A stretch of 64,000 bases of DNA from an uncultured Bacteroidales bacterium (GTDB lineage Bacteria; Bacteroidota; Bacteroidia; Bacteroidales; F082): the NCBI GenBank assembly GCA_947303055.1, contig CAMYXV010000001.1, forward strand, positions 3,961 to 67,960, read 5' to 3'. This document shows, piece by piece, positions 27,229-37,332 of the stretch; position 1 is the first letter of the stretch; every line of letters starts with the position of its first letter. The position numbers were made by a program, and so were the translations under genes. Below the pieces are notes generated by a model. That model had not been told where the DNA came from. It saw nothing but the letters and a program-made list of their open reading frames with translations, and searched no databases.

Positions 27229-28464
27229 ATGGAAAAATATTTTGTACTTCTTGGAGAAAACCCGCTCCTGTGGGGGCAGGTTTGCCATTTGCGTGAATTA
27301 GGCTATAAAGTCATCCTTGTGGCGTGGAGCGAGAAGCCCCGCATTGAGGGTGATATATATATCCAGAAAGATATTAAGGATGCACCGGCCATTATTGCCG
27401 AACTGGAAGCTCGTGGGCTTAAAGGCAAGGTGGGTGGAGCCCTGTCGAGCATCGACTTGGCTGCGCCTACGGTGAATGCCATCAACGGCTGGTGCGGCAA
27501 CAAAACCATGCCCGAAAAGTTCAACAGCGTGCTCACCAAAGAGGAAATGCGCGATGCCTGGATGAAGGCTGGTGTGTTCAACCGCATTTCGAAGATGGAC
27601 GATGAGTTCCCGTTGGAGGAGATTTACGGAGCTTCGCAACGGATGAAACTTATCTGCAAGCCCAATGTGGCGGCCAGCTCGCGTGGCATCACCATTTTGG
27701 AAAAAGGCCAAACCCGTGATGCGTTGGAGGAGGCATTGGCCAAGGCCAAAGAGACTTCTTTCGATGGCAAATGCTTGATAGAGGAGTTTGTGGAAGGCGA
27801 GGAGTTTACGGTGGATATGCTGGGTGATGCCTACGGCAATGTGAATTGCTACAGCAGCTCCATACAGCACCATTCGCTCTATGCCCTAAAGAACCACGTG
27901 ACGGTGATTCACCATTGGAACTCCCGCAAGTATGACGACGAAACCTGGGTGCGCATTGCCAACTTCGGCATTGCTTGCTACAAAGCATTGGGCTTGCACA
28001 GCATGTTTGGCCATCTTGAAATCATTATGAAAGAGGACGGCTCTTTCACCCCAGTGGAGATGGGTGCCCGCAGCAGCGGCTTCATTTGCAGCCACACGGT
28101 GTGGAAAGCCTCGGGTCACGACTACCTTGGTGACTATGTGCGTATGCTGCATGGCGAAGCCATTGAGCCAGGCAACTATATGAACGGCAAAGATGCCTCG
28201 ATGTGGTTTGGTTATGATATTCCTTCCCATAGCCATTCGGTGGCTGAAACCAACATCACTGAATTTCTTGACCCTCGTATCACCGTTCTTTTTGAAAACC
28301 ATGATGGTTTGAAGGTGGGTGTGGACTATGGCGACTACATCAACGATGGTGACCGCGACAAGTTTGGCTATGCCATACTCTGTGGCCCACGCGATGTAAT
28401 GACCTATGAGAGCGTGCAGGAATCGAACGAGAAGTTTTTGGACAAGTTCTTGGGACGTAAATAG
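27229..28464 (+). CDS. ATP-grasp domain protein
   Basis: ICKPNVAASSRGITILEKG and CLIEEFVEGEEFTVDMLGD motifs. It is visibly GC-richer than both neighbours. Confidence 0.75.
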   Translation: MEKYFVLLGENPLLWGQVCHLRELGYKVILVAWSEKPRIEGDIYIQKDIKDAPAIIAELEARGLKGKVGGALSSIDLAAPTVNAINGWCGNKTMPEKFNSVLTKEEMRDAWMKAGVFNRISKMDDEFPLEEIYGASQRMKLICKPNVAASSRGITILEKGQTRDALEEALAKAKETSFDGKCLIEEFVEGEEFTVDMLGDAYGNVNCYSSSIQHHSLYALKNHVTVIHHWNSRKYDDETWVRIANFGIACYKALGLHSMFGHLEIIMKEDGSFTPVEMGARSSGFICSHTVWKASGHDYLGDYVRMLHGEAIEPGNYMNGKDASMWFGYDIPSHSHSVAETNITEFLDPRITVLFENHDGLKVGVDYGDYINDGDRDKFGYAILCGPRDVMTYESVQESNEKFLDKFLGRK

Positions 28465-28560
28465 CATAGAGCAGACATAGTGCAGCAATACTGATGGAAA
28501 GCACTTGGCATACTGTTCGCATAGTCAAAACCCCCGTTTGAGTATGCCATGACTATGCCT

Positions 28561-28603
28561 ACACTATGCGATGAGTATGCCAACACTATGCGATCACTAT
28601 GGG
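28561..28603. repeat. 22-bp direct repeat, about 1.5-2 copies (ACACTATGCGATGAGTATGCCA)
   Basis: ACACTATGCGAT at 28561 and 28583. GAGTATGCCA at 28540 and 28573. Confidence 0.7.
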
Positions 28604-28624
28604 AAAGGTCACTTTACAGCGACG

Positions 28625-28733
28625 GTTCAAAAGGTTCAAGAAGTTCAAAAAGTTTAAGTATTGAAACCTGAAACCTGAAACTTGGATCTTTGAACCTTGA
28701 ACCTTGAACTAATAAGCAATTAAGCTACTAAGC
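28625..28733. repeat. composite word arrays: GTTCAA (9 nt) x3, GAAACCT (7 nt) x3, TGAACCT (7 nt) x3, TAAGCnnn (8 nt) x3
   Basis: GTTCAA at 28625, 28634 and 28643. GAAACCT at 28663 and 28670. TGAACCT at 28691 and 28698. TAAGC at 28713, 28721 and 28729. Confidence 0.8.
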
Positions 28734-28751
28734 AATTAAACAAACAGAAAT

Positions 28752-29861
28752 ATGATTCCATTTTTGAGTCTAAAAGATGTCACCGCTTTGCACGGTGATG
28801 AGATTAACGAGGCCGTCACCCGTGTGGTGAATGGCGGCTGGTACCTCCAGGGTGAGGAGAACAAACGCTTCGAAGCCAACTATGCCAACTTCATCGGTGC
28901 CAAACACTGCATTGGCTGCGCCAACGGCTTGGATGCCCTGATTTGGATCTTCCGTGCCTATATCGAGCTGGGTGTGATGCAGCCTGGTGACGAAGTGATT
29001 GTTCCGGCCAACACCTATATTGCCACCATCCTCTCCATTACCGAGAATGGCTTGAAACCCATCTTGGTGGAGCCTAAGTTGAACACCTTGGAGATTGACG
29101 ATGACCTGATTGAAGCCTCCATCACACCTAAGACCAAAGCAATCTGCATTGTTCACCTCTATGGCCGCAATGCCTACACCGACAAGATCGGTGCCTTGTG
29201 CAAGAAATATAACTTGAAACTTATTGAGGACAACGCACAGGCCCACGGATGCAAGCATACCGATGGCCGCACTACGGGTTCCATCGGTGATGCAGCAGGT
29301 CATTCATTCTATCCAGGAAAGAACCTTGGCGCATTAGGCGATGGCGGAGCAGTGACTACCAGCGATGATGCATTGGCTGAAGCTGTCCGTACATTGGCTA
29401 ACTATGGCTCGCAAAAGAAGTATGTGTTCAAATATACAGGTCGTAATAGCCGTTTGGATGAGGTTCAGGCTGCGGTGCTCGATGTGAAGTTGAAATATTT
29501 GGTTGAGGACAATGCTCATCGTAAGCAGGTGGCTAACTACTATTACGACCATATCAGCAACCCGCTGATTACCTTGCCCGACCGCTTGCCCGATGAGCAG
29601 AACGCTTATCACTTGTTCCCGATCCTGGTAGCTGATGGCAAGCGTGATGCCTTGCACGACTATCTGGAGCAGAACGGAGTGGGCACAGTGATTCACTATC
29701 CCATCGCCCCGCACAAGCAGGAGTGCTACAAAGAGTGGAATGGTATGAGCTTCCCCATCACCGAAAGCATTGCCAACGAGGAACTGAGTTTGCCTATCGG
29801 CCCTGCTATTTCTCATGATGAGGTTGCAACTGTTGTCAAACTCATCAACCAATTCAAATAA
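28752..29861 (+). CDS. DegT/DnrJ/EryC1/StrS family sugar aminotransferase
   Basis: GWYLQGEENKRFE, CANGLDAL, and the PLP-Lys context HSFYPGKNLGALGDGGAVTT. Confidence 0.9.
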   Translation: MIPFLSLKDVTALHGDEINEAVTRVVNGGWYLQGEENKRFEANYANFIGAKHCIGCANGLDALIWIFRAYIELGVMQPGDEVIVPANTYIATILSITENGLKPILVEPKLNTLEIDDDLIEASITPKTKAICIVHLYGRNAYTDKIGALCKKYNLKLIEDNAQAHGCKHTDGRTTGSIGDAAGHSFYPGKNLGALGDGGAVTTSDDALAEAVRTLANYGSQKKYVFKYTGRNSRLDEVQAAVLDVKLKYLVEDNAHRKQVANYYYDHISNPLITLPDRLPDEQNAYHLFPILVADGKRDALHDYLEQNGVGTVIHYPIAPHKQECYKEWNGMSFPITESIANEELSLPIGPAISHDEVATVVKLINQFK

Positions 29862-29865
29862 CAAT

Positions 29866-29886
29866 TAAGCAACTAAGCTATTAAGC
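29866..29886. repeat. TAAGCnnn x3 array, 8-nt phase
   Basis: TAAGC at 29866, 29874 and 29882, between the stop at 29861 and the start at 29892. Confidence 0.8.
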
Positions 29887-29891
29887 AAAAG

Positions 29892-31133
29892 ATGAAGATT
29901 TGGATAATAAATTTTTATACAAGCCCCGACTGTGCTAACCCGCGTTATAATAAATTAGCTCGATATTTTATGGATGCGGGGCATGAAGTGATAACCTTCA
30001 ATGCTAGTCGTGTTTCCCAAATATCCGAAAACGACTTCAAAGGTGGCTGTTTTCTTGAAAGACAATATGGTGATTTCAAATTTGTACATGTTGATGTACC
30101 AGCGTTTAATGGTAATGTGGTAAAGAGGATGTTCTCAATTTGGAAGTTTGCAAAGAACATACTTAAAGGTGCCAATCAGTTTGAACATCCAGACGTAATA
30201 TTACATAATATTCATCCACCTTTTGATTATCCAATTGTTAGGCTTGCAAAGAAACTCAAATGTAAATATGTTGCTGAAGCGTGGGACTTGTGGCCTGAGG
30301 ATTTCGTTACTTTTGGATTGGTAGGTCGCAATAATCCGGCTTTGAAGATTGCATACGCCATCGAGAGAAAATTTTATTATGCTTCCGATGACATCATCTT
30401 CACCTTCTTAGGGGCTTTCGACTATCTGAAACGTCAGGGTTGGATGAAAGAACAGGGTGGAAAAATTGACCCTGCTCATCTGCACTATATAAACAATGGT
30501 ATCGATTTGGGTGAGTTTGAAAAGAACAAGGTGGCTTATCCACGTAAAGATGAGGATATGAATGATCCAAGCCTAACAAAGATTGTTTATTTGGGTTCTA
30601 TCAATAAAGCCAACAATGTCAAGACTCTTATTGATGCGGCTGCTATTTTGAAGGACAATCCAAAGTATCGCTTCTTTATCTATGGCAATGGTGCTTATCG
30701 TCCGGAATTAGAGCAGTATGTGAAGGACAACCATATTGACAACGTGGTGTTCAAAGAAACTAAGATTCCTTTTGATGAGTGTGCGTGGGTGGTGAGTCAG
30801 GCTACAGTGAATGTAATGAACTATGAAAAGAATTTTGGTTGGGCTGGTGTTAGTTCAGGCAAAATGTTCTTATACCTTGCTGCGGGCAAGCCTATAGTCT
30901 GTAATATTGATATCGCTTACGATAATGTTATAGAAGATAAAGATTTGGGAGTTGCACATGATTTAACCACACCAGAAGAATTTGCCATGGCGATACGCAG
31001 CCTTGCGGAGCAACCTCGGGCAAGTTATGATGCGATGTGTGAAAGGGTAAGAGAAGTTGCAAAGAGATTTGATTATAAAGTGTTGGCTGCTCAAGAACTT
31101 GAAGTAATTGAGAATGCTGTTAGAGCTAATTAA
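29892..31133 (+). CDS. glycosyltransferase (WbuB-like GT4)
   Basis: N-terminus MKIWIINFYTSPDCANPRYNKLARYF and GT-B length. The motif match is weaker than for the other glycosyltransferases. Confidence 0.65.
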   Translation: MKIWIINFYTSPDCANPRYNKLARYFMDAGHEVITFNASRVSQISENDFKGGCFLERQYGDFKFVHVDVPAFNGNVVKRMFSIWKFAKNILKGANQFEHPDVILHNIHPPFDYPIVRLAKKLKCKYVAEAWDLWPEDFVTFGLVGRNNPALKIAYAIERKFYYASDDIIFTFLGAFDYLKRQGWMKEQGGKIDPAHLHYINNGIDLGEFEKNKVAYPRKDEDMNDPSLTKIVYLGSINKANNVKTLIDAAAILKDNPKYRFFIYGNGAYRPELEQYVKDNHIDNVVFKETKIPFDECAWVVSQATVNVMNYEKNFGWAGVSSGKMFLYLAAGKPIVCNIDIAYDNVIEDKDLGVAHDLTTPEEFAMAIRSLAEQPRASYDAMCERVREVAKRFDYKVLAAQELEVIENAVRAN

Positions 31134-32169
31134 CGCCACTCTTTGCAAACGACCTTTGAACGAGAAGGTGTTTGCTGAGGCAACCGAGGAAGATTGGCAG
31201 CAGTGCTTTGACTTGGCATTGCAGCAGATTGTGCTGGCCATGACTTTCCCGGCTATGTCATCGCTGCCAAAGGAATTAAGGCCGTCTTTTACTCTATGGT
31301 CAAAGTGGATGGCATACACACAAAGCATTGCTGAGCACTCACAATATAAACGACAGGTGGTAGAGAAGATGGGCTCATGGTTAGTTGAAGAAGGTTTGTC
31401 AACAACTATTTTGAAAGGATTCTCTTTGTCGGCTCTTTATCCAAATCCGAACTTGAGGGAGTTTAGTGATATTGACATCTTTTCTGGTGAATCCTACGAT
31501 GCAGTGAATGCTTGTTTTGCCAAGCATGGGGTGAAGGTAGATAGTGTGGATGGTCATCATGCATACCTTAAGGTTGACGGCATTTCAGTGGAACACCATT
31601 TCGCTTTTTCAAATACCAAAGTGAAAGATGGCTTGGTTGGCCCGGAAGAAGGCCTGCAACAATTGGCAGTTAAAGACCCACGGCCATCATCTATACAAGG
31701 GATCAACTTTCCAAACCCTGTTTTCACTGCCTTGTTTGTGGGCTGGCATGCTTATGAGCATTTCTTGCAAGAGAAGATAGAATTGCGGCACGTTATTGAT
31801 TGGGCATTAGCCTTAAAACAGTTGACAAAACAGGAGGCTGAAACGCTGGATGAAATAAAACGAAATACAGGCTGGGGTGAGTTTTGTGATACTCTTACCT
31901 CGATAGCGATTCATCACCTAAAACTACCACAAGAATGGTTCTTGACAGAAGAGCTTACATCCTATGCGCATGAAGAGCGCGTTTGGAATGACATATTAAA
32001 AGCCCCACGCACTAAAATAAGCAAGTCATCAAACTTCCGCCGCATTTATATCGCTAAGCGTATGCTTAAGAATGGTTGGAAACTTGACCAGTATGCCGAT
32101 GTAAGCGCAAAAAGATGGCTTTGGAAATCGTTTGTGGGGCATTTGAAAAAATCGTATTTTATTCAATAA
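31108..32169 (+). CDS. uncharacterised nucleotidyltransferase-family protein (NTP_transf_5-like)
   Basis: LKGFSLSALYPNPNLREFSDIDIF core. It overlaps the previous gene by 26 nt, so the true start is uncertain. Confidence 0.5.
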   Translation: MRMLLELINATLCKRPLNEKVFAEATEEDWQQCFDLALQQIVLAMTFPAMSSLPKELRPSFTLWSKWMAYTQSIAEHSQYKRQVVEKMGSWLVEEGLSTTILKGFSLSALYPNPNLREFSDIDIFSGESYDAVNACFAKHGVKVDSVDGHHAYLKVDGISVEHHFAFSNTKVKDGLVGPEEGLQQLAVKDPRPSSIQGINFPNPVFTALFVGWHAYEHFLQEKIELRHVIDWALALKQLTKQEAETLDEIKRNTGWGEFCDTLTSIAIHHLKLPQEWFLTEELTSYAHEERVWNDILKAPRTKISKSSNFRRIYIAKRMLKNGWKLDQYADVSAKRWLWKSFVGHLKKSYFIQ

Positions 32170-32180
32170 AAACACTTTAA

Positions 32181-32816
32181 ATGAAACATCTAATTATACT
32201 CGGAGCTGGTGGCATGGGACGGCAAGTGCTGTCGTTTGCCAAAACGTGCGATGGTTTTGAAAAAGAATATGACATCAAGGGGTTTCTTGATGACAACCTT
32301 GAAGCTATGAAGGATTTTCCTGGTTATCCCCCTGTACTGGGAACTGTTGATAATTACAAGGTTGAAACCGACGATGTGTTTTTCAACTCTATCGGTGACG
32401 TGCAGTCCAAGAAACGCTGTATCAACAAGATTCTTGCCAAGGGCGGCGATTTCATTACCTTGGTTCATCCCACGGCACAGGTGTCGCCTGGGACTAAGAT
32501 AGGAAAAGGTTGTATGATCGGCTCTTTGGTGGGCATTGGGGTGGAGACAACTATTGGCGATTTCTGTCTGATTCAAAGCAAGGCAACCATTGGTCACGAT
32601 GTGCATATTGCTGATTATGCCAGGATAGATTGTAATGTGGTGCTGATAGCAGGAGTCTATGTGGGTAATGACGTTTGTATCCATACATCGTCTGTCATCA
32701 ATCACAATGTGAAAATTGCCGATGGTGCAACAGTGGGGGCTATGAGCTTTGTTATCAGAAACGTTAAAGCGGGTCAAACCGTATTTGGTAATCCGGCAAA
32801 AAAAATACTTGAATAA
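32181..32816 (+). CDS. NeuD/PglB-type sugar N/O-acetyltransferase (left-handed beta-helix)
   Basis: LIILGAGGMGRQV Rossmann-like N-terminus followed by hexapeptide repeats. Confidence 0.8.
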   Translation: MKHLIILGAGGMGRQVLSFAKTCDGFEKEYDIKGFLDDNLEAMKDFPGYPPVLGTVDNYKVETDDVFFNSIGDVQSKKRCINKILAKGGDFITLVHPTAQVSPGTKIGKGCMIGSLVGIGVETTIGDFCLIQSKATIGHDVHIADYARIDCNVVLIAGVYVGNDVCIHTSSVINHNVKIADGATVGAMSFVIRNVKAGQTVFGNPAKKILE

Positions 32817-33559
32817 TGAATAATCCGTTTTCACTTGAAGGTAAAACCCTGTTGGTAACAGGCTCGTCATCCAACATCGGCAGGAAAATTGCTATCCGTT
32901 GTGCTGAGATGGGTGCCAAGATAATTGTTGTGGCCAGAGACGAAGAGCGCATGAAAGCCACTGTGGCTGATTTGGCTGGCAATGGTCACCAGTATTACGC
33001 TGTTGACTTGTCGAATGCTGAGTCAATTGCTAATTTGGCTGAGGTATTGCCTGTGTTGGATGGCGTTGTGCTTTGTGCTGCAAGGTTCGACAGTACTCCT
33101 GTTAAGAACATCAAAAGAGAATTGGTGCAGGATATGTTCAACACCAACACTTTCGCCAACTTCGACCTGATACAGAAACTGCTGAAGAAGAAAAAAATCA
33201 ACAAGGGAGGCTCCATCGTCTTCATATCTTCGGTTGCATCCATGCGACCCTATAAAGGCAATTCGTTGTATTCAGCGACCAAAGGAGCAATTAATTCGTT
33301 CTCCAAAGTGTTGGCAACCGAATTGGGTTCGCAAAGAATTAGAGTAAACTGCGTCCATCCAGGCATTGTGCCTCGTGATGGTGGTGTACGTGAGGGCGCA
33401 TTGACCGTTGAGCAGCAAAGAGAAGAAATGGCAAAATTCCCATTGGGTATGGGTGAGACAGACGATATCGCTTACGCTTCAGTTTATCTGCTCTCTGACG
33501 TTTCTAAATGGGTAACGGGTATCGACCTGATAGTGGACGGTGGACAATCATTAATTTGA
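32816..33559 (+). CDS. SDR family oxidoreductase (3-oxoacyl-ACP reductase-like)
   Basis: TGSSSNIGRKIA and YSATKGAINSF (YxxxK). Confidence 0.85.
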   Translation: MNNPFSLEGKTLLVTGSSSNIGRKIAIRCAEMGAKIIVVARDEERMKATVADLAGNGHQYYAVDLSNAESIANLAEVLPVLDGVVLCAARFDSTPVKNIKRELVQDMFNTNTFANFDLIQKLLKKKKINKGGSIVFISSVASMRPYKGNSLYSATKGAINSFSKVLATELGSQRIRVNCVHPGIVPRDGGVREGALTVEQQREEMAKFPLGMGETDDIAYASVYLLSDVSKWVTGIDLIVDGGQSLI

Positions 33560-33581
33560 AGAAATAAAAAATAATCTAATT

Positions 33582-34520
33582 ATGAAAGCATTTATTTTCC
33601 CTGGCCAAGGATGCCAGAAAGAAGGAATGGGTAAGGATTTATATGAAAACTTCCCCAAAGCGAGAGCAATCTTTGAACAAGCTAATGACATCTTAGGCGA
33701 GCGTTTTAGTGATACGTTATTCACTGCATCAGAAGATTTACTGATGGACACTCGCTATACCCAGATGGGCGTATTTATCTATGAGTGTGCGCTTGCTATG
33801 GGACAGGATGAAATAAGACCCGACTGTGTGGCTGGTCACTCTCTTGGAGAATATGCCGCATTGGTGGTTTCTGGCGTGCTGTCATACGAAGAGGGCGTTA
33901 AGTTTATCAAGAAACGCGGAGAGGTATTCTATGAGGCATTCCAGAAGCACCCCAGTGCCATGGGGGCTATTATTGGTATTTCTGAAGAGCAAGTGTTAGA
34001 AGTGTTGAAACGTGTGACAGAAGAAGATAACGAAAACCTCTATATTGCCAATTATAATGGCCCAGGACAATTAGTGATTACGGGTGCAAGGGGTTCGGTG
34101 AAGAAAGCATGCAAGATATTCAAGGAGATGGGAGCCAAGCGAGCCTTAGTATTGCCTCAGAAGGGTGTAGGACATTCACCAAACTCGGCAGAAGAAGGAG
34201 CTATTCTTGGTGAAGAGTTGAAGAAACTGCATTTCCGTGAGGCTCAGATACCTATTTATCAGGATGCCGATGGTTTGCCACACACTGATCCACAAGAGAT
34301 TCTGGAGAATCAGATTAAGTTGATGACTTATCCTGTGCAGTGGACCAATATCACGTTCAATATGGTGAAAAACGGTGTGAACGAATTCTATGAGTGTGGT
34401 ACAGATGACACACTCCAGAAAATTATAAAGAGAATGACCCCAGAGTCTCTAGTCACTTCGTTGGTTCATACCCCCATCTATGAAGGAAAAGTTCAAGATT
34501 TCGCGATAGTGAAAGAATAG
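33582..34520 (+). CDS. ACP S-malonyltransferase-like acyltransferase (divergent FabD paralogue)
   Basis: FPGQGCQKEGMG and GHSLGEYAAL. Confidence 0.8.
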   Translation: MKAFIFPGQGCQKEGMGKDLYENFPKARAIFEQANDILGERFSDTLFTASEDLLMDTRYTQMGVFIYECALAMGQDEIRPDCVAGHSLGEYAALVVSGVLSYEEGVKFIKKRGEVFYEAFQKHPSAMGAIIGISEEQVLEVLKRVTEEDNENLYIANYNGPGQLVITGARGSVKKACKIFKEMGAKRALVLPQKGVGHSPNSAEEGAILGEELKKLHFREAQIPIYQDADGLPHTDPQEILENQIKLMTYPVQWTNITFNMVKNGVNEFYECGTDDTLQKIIKRMTPESLVTSLVHTPIYEGKVQDFAIVKE

Positions 34521-34551
34521 TTTATTTATTAACACTTTAAATCATTAAACA

Positions 34552-34779
34552 ATGACATTAGATGAATTTGTAAAGGCATTCGCTGCCGAGTTCGATGACA
34601 CTCCTGAGGAGACCTTCAAGCCCGAAACTCATTACAGAGAGCTGGACGAGTGGGGTTCACTGGTGGCCTTGTCAATCATCTCCATGGTTGACGACGAGAT
34701 GGACAAGCGCGTTACTGGCGCTGACCTGCGTAACTGCACCACCATAGAGGAACTCTATAACCTCGTGGAGTCAAAGTAA
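34552..34779 (+). CDS. acyl carrier protein
   Basis: 75 aa acidic protein. Candidate phosphopantetheine Ser in LDEWGSLVALSII. Confidence 0.7.
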   Translation: MTLDEFVKAFAAEFDDTPEETFKPETHYRELDEWGSLVALSIISMVDDEMDKRVTGADLRNCTTIEELYNLVESK

Positions 34780-34852
34780 AACCAAACTTTGGGAAGCACA
34801 CATCCAAACCGTGTGTGTGCTTCCCTTTATTCCAAAATGTTAATCTGATTAT

Positions 34853-35920
34853 ATGTCATCAATTAGTGTAAAAAACATAGCCATCAAAGGTATGGCAGGT
34901 TGTGTGCCGGAACGTGTGGAGGAAAACCGCAACTATCCGGGCATGACGGCTGAAGAAATTCAGAAATATATTGCAGCCACTGGTGTGGAACGTCGCCATT
35001 GCGCCATTCACGACGGTAGCATCTGCACCTCTGACCTCTGTCAGAAGGCTGCTGAAAAGTTATTGACTGACCTTGGTTGGGATAAGAGCGAGATTGATCT
35101 ACTGATTTTTGTTTCTCATACCACCGATTATAAACTGCCTGCCACAGGCATTGTGTTGCAGGACAAAATGGGCATCCCTACTTCGTGCCTTGCTTTCGAC
35201 ATTACCCTTGGTTGCTCCGGCTTTCTGGTAGGGCTTGGTGTGATGGGCAACCTTATGGCCTCTGGCTCGTTTCGCAAGGGTCTTCTCATGGTGGGCAACA
35301 CTCAGTCGGAATATGCCAGCCCCGAAGACCGCAGCATGAAGCTGTTGCTTGGCGATGCCGGTACTGTAACCGCCATTGAATACGACCCCAACTCGAAAGA
35401 TGAGGTCAATATTACTTATATGTCCGATGGCTCTGGCCGCCAATTTGTTATCCTTCCCGATGGAGGTTCACGTAATCCTGTCAACGAGAAATCGTTCATC
35501 ATGGAAGACTGTGGTGGCGGCATCCGTCGTACGCGCCTGCACGAAAAGATGATTGGCGACGAGGTGTTCTCCTATGGCACCCACTTCATCCCGAAGGTGT
35601 ATGAGGAGATGCGTTCGAAGTTCAATATCGAACCTGACGAGGTGGACTACCTGCTGCTGCATCAGGCCAACAAGTTCCTTTGCGAGAAACTGCGCAAGAA
35701 ATTGAAATTCCCGCCCGAGAAGGTGCCTTACAACATTCAAGAGTTTGGCAATACCAGCGGTGCTACCATTCCGTTGCTGATGATTACGGAATTGCAGAAA
35801 GAGCTTTACGACCGTCAGCTGAATATGCTTGCCGCCACCATTGGTGTGGGCTTCTCGCTTGGCGTGGCCCAAATCAAGACCCATGGCGGTATTATTGTTC
35901 CCGATTTGATGTATTTGTAA
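34853..35920 (+). CDS. 3-oxoacyl-ACP synthase III (FabH-like)
   Basis: Cys-His-Asn triad contexts DITLGCSGF, LLHQANKF and FGNTSGATIP. Confidence 0.85.
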   Translation: MSSISVKNIAIKGMAGCVPERVEENRNYPGMTAEEIQKYIAATGVERRHCAIHDGSICTSDLCQKAAEKLLTDLGWDKSEIDLLIFVSHTTDYKLPATGIVLQDKMGIPTSCLAFDITLGCSGFLVGLGVMGNLMASGSFRKGLLMVGNTQSEYASPEDRSMKLLLGDAGTVTAIEYDPNSKDEVNITYMSDGSGRQFVILPDGGSRNPVNEKSFIMEDCGGGIRRTRLHEKMIGDEVFSYGTHFIPKVYEEMRSKFNIEPDEVDYLLLHQANKFLCEKLRKKLKFPPEKVPYNIQEFGNTSGATIPLLMITELQKELYDRQLNMLAATIGVGFSLGVAQIKTHGGIIVPDLMYL

Positions 35921-35921
35921 T

Positions 35922-36665
35922 ATGAACAATCCGTTTACTTTAGAGGGCAAGACTATTCTTGTCACAGGAGCCTCGTCTGGTATTGGACGTGGCATCTGCA
36001 TCGACTGCTCCAAGATGGGAGCCAAGGTTCACCTGATGGCACGCAACGAGGAACGTCTGAACGAAACCCTTGCCCAGATGGAAGGCGAGGGACATGTGAT
36101 ACATAAGGCAGACTTGTGCAGCACGGATGACATCAACGCTTTGGTGGATGAACTGCCTGTGATTGACGGTGTGGTGCTGTGTGCTGGCATCATCAAGACC
36201 ATGCCTGTGAAGAACATCAGCGAAGAGGCCATGACCGAAATCTTCAATGCCAACATTATGGGCGACATCAAGATTTGCAGTCGCCTGTTGAAGAAGAAGA
36301 AACTGAACCATGGCGGTTCGGTGGTGTTTATCTCATCGGTTTCCACATTCAACGTGAAGGTGGGCAACTCGCTCTATTCAGCCACCAAAGGCGCGGTCAA
36401 CTCGTTTGCCAAGGCGATGGCTTTGGAGGTATCGAAGCAGGAGATGCGTGTCAACTGCATCCAGCCGGGCTTTGTGCCGTCAAGCATTTTGAGTAGTGGT
36501 GCCATTGAGGAAGATGCCTTCCTGAAGTTCTATGCCGAGCGTCATCCGCTGGGCTTCGGCACGCCCACTGACATTGCCAATGGTTGTATCTATCTCTTGT
36601 CCGATGCCTCGCGTTGGGTGACGGGCAGTATTTTTACCATCGATGGAGGATATACTCTGCAATAA
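35922..36665 (+). CDS. SDR family oxidoreductase
   Basis: TGASSGIGRGI and YSATKGAVNSF. The N-terminus MNNPFTLEGKT is paralogous to 32816 and 39668. Confidence 0.85.
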   Translation: MNNPFTLEGKTILVTGASSGIGRGICIDCSKMGAKVHLMARNEERLNETLAQMEGEGHVIHKADLCSTDDINALVDELPVIDGVVLCAGIIKTMPVKNISEEAMTEIFNANIMGDIKICSRLLKKKKLNHGGSVVFISSVSTFNVKVGNSLYSATKGAVNSFAKAMALEVSKQEMRVNCIQPGFVPSSILSSGAIEEDAFLKFYAERHPLGFGTPTDIANGCIYLLSDASRWVTGSIFTIDGGYTLQ

Positions 36666-37332
36666 CATCAAGGTGTTGAGCTTTGTCAATGCTCCTGTTC
36701 CTTCCAACACGTTTTTGCTTGTTCGGGAGGATGGGCATTGCATTGTCATCGACCCCGGCACCAAGGAACAAGCCGATGTGCGTGACTATATCCAGTCACA
36801 CGGTCTGACGCTTGACTATATCATCCTCACACACGAACACTTTGACCATTGTTGGGGTGTGAATTACCTGCTTGACTGTTTCCCGTCAGCCAAGGTGGTG
36901 GCCACCAAGTTGTGTACCGAATGGGTGCAAACCCCGATGAACTATTTCAACCAGCTGTATTACAACTCCGATGAGATGTACCAAATCAAAAAGGTGGATG
37001 TGATTGTGGATGAGGTGGGCTGGAAGTTGATGTGGGGCGATAATCCTGTCGTGTTTGTCAACACCCCCGGCCATACCAGCAAAGGAATGTGCATAGAAAT
37101 AGGGGGTTGCCTGTTTACTGGCGACACCGTCTTATATCGTACTAAGCCGTTTATCAAGAAACGTTATGGAGGCTCGCTGCCAGTGTTGAAACAGAGCATT
37201 GATACCATATACCACTCTTATTCGGGCGATACCAAGGTGTTTCCTGGTCATGGAGATTCATTCCTGTTGAAAGAAACTAAAGAATTTTATTATAAATATT
37301 TTAACGACAAGAAAGATGAAATGTCTGATTGA
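36643..37332 (+). CDS. MBL-fold metallo-hydrolase
   Basis: ILTHEHFDHCWG (HxHxDH) and FPGHGDSF. Confidence 0.8.
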   Translation: MEDILCNNIKVLSFVNAPVPSNTFLLVREDGHCIVIDPGTKEQADVRDYIQSHGLTLDYIILTHEHFDHCWGVNYLLDCFPSAKVVATKLCTEWVQTPMNYFNQLYYNSDEMYQIKKVDVIVDEVGWKLMWGDNPVVFVNTPGHTSKGMCIEIGGCLFTGDTVLYRTKPFIKKRYGGSLPVLKQSIDTIYHSYSGDTKVFPGHGDSFLLKETKEFYYKYFNDKKDEMSD

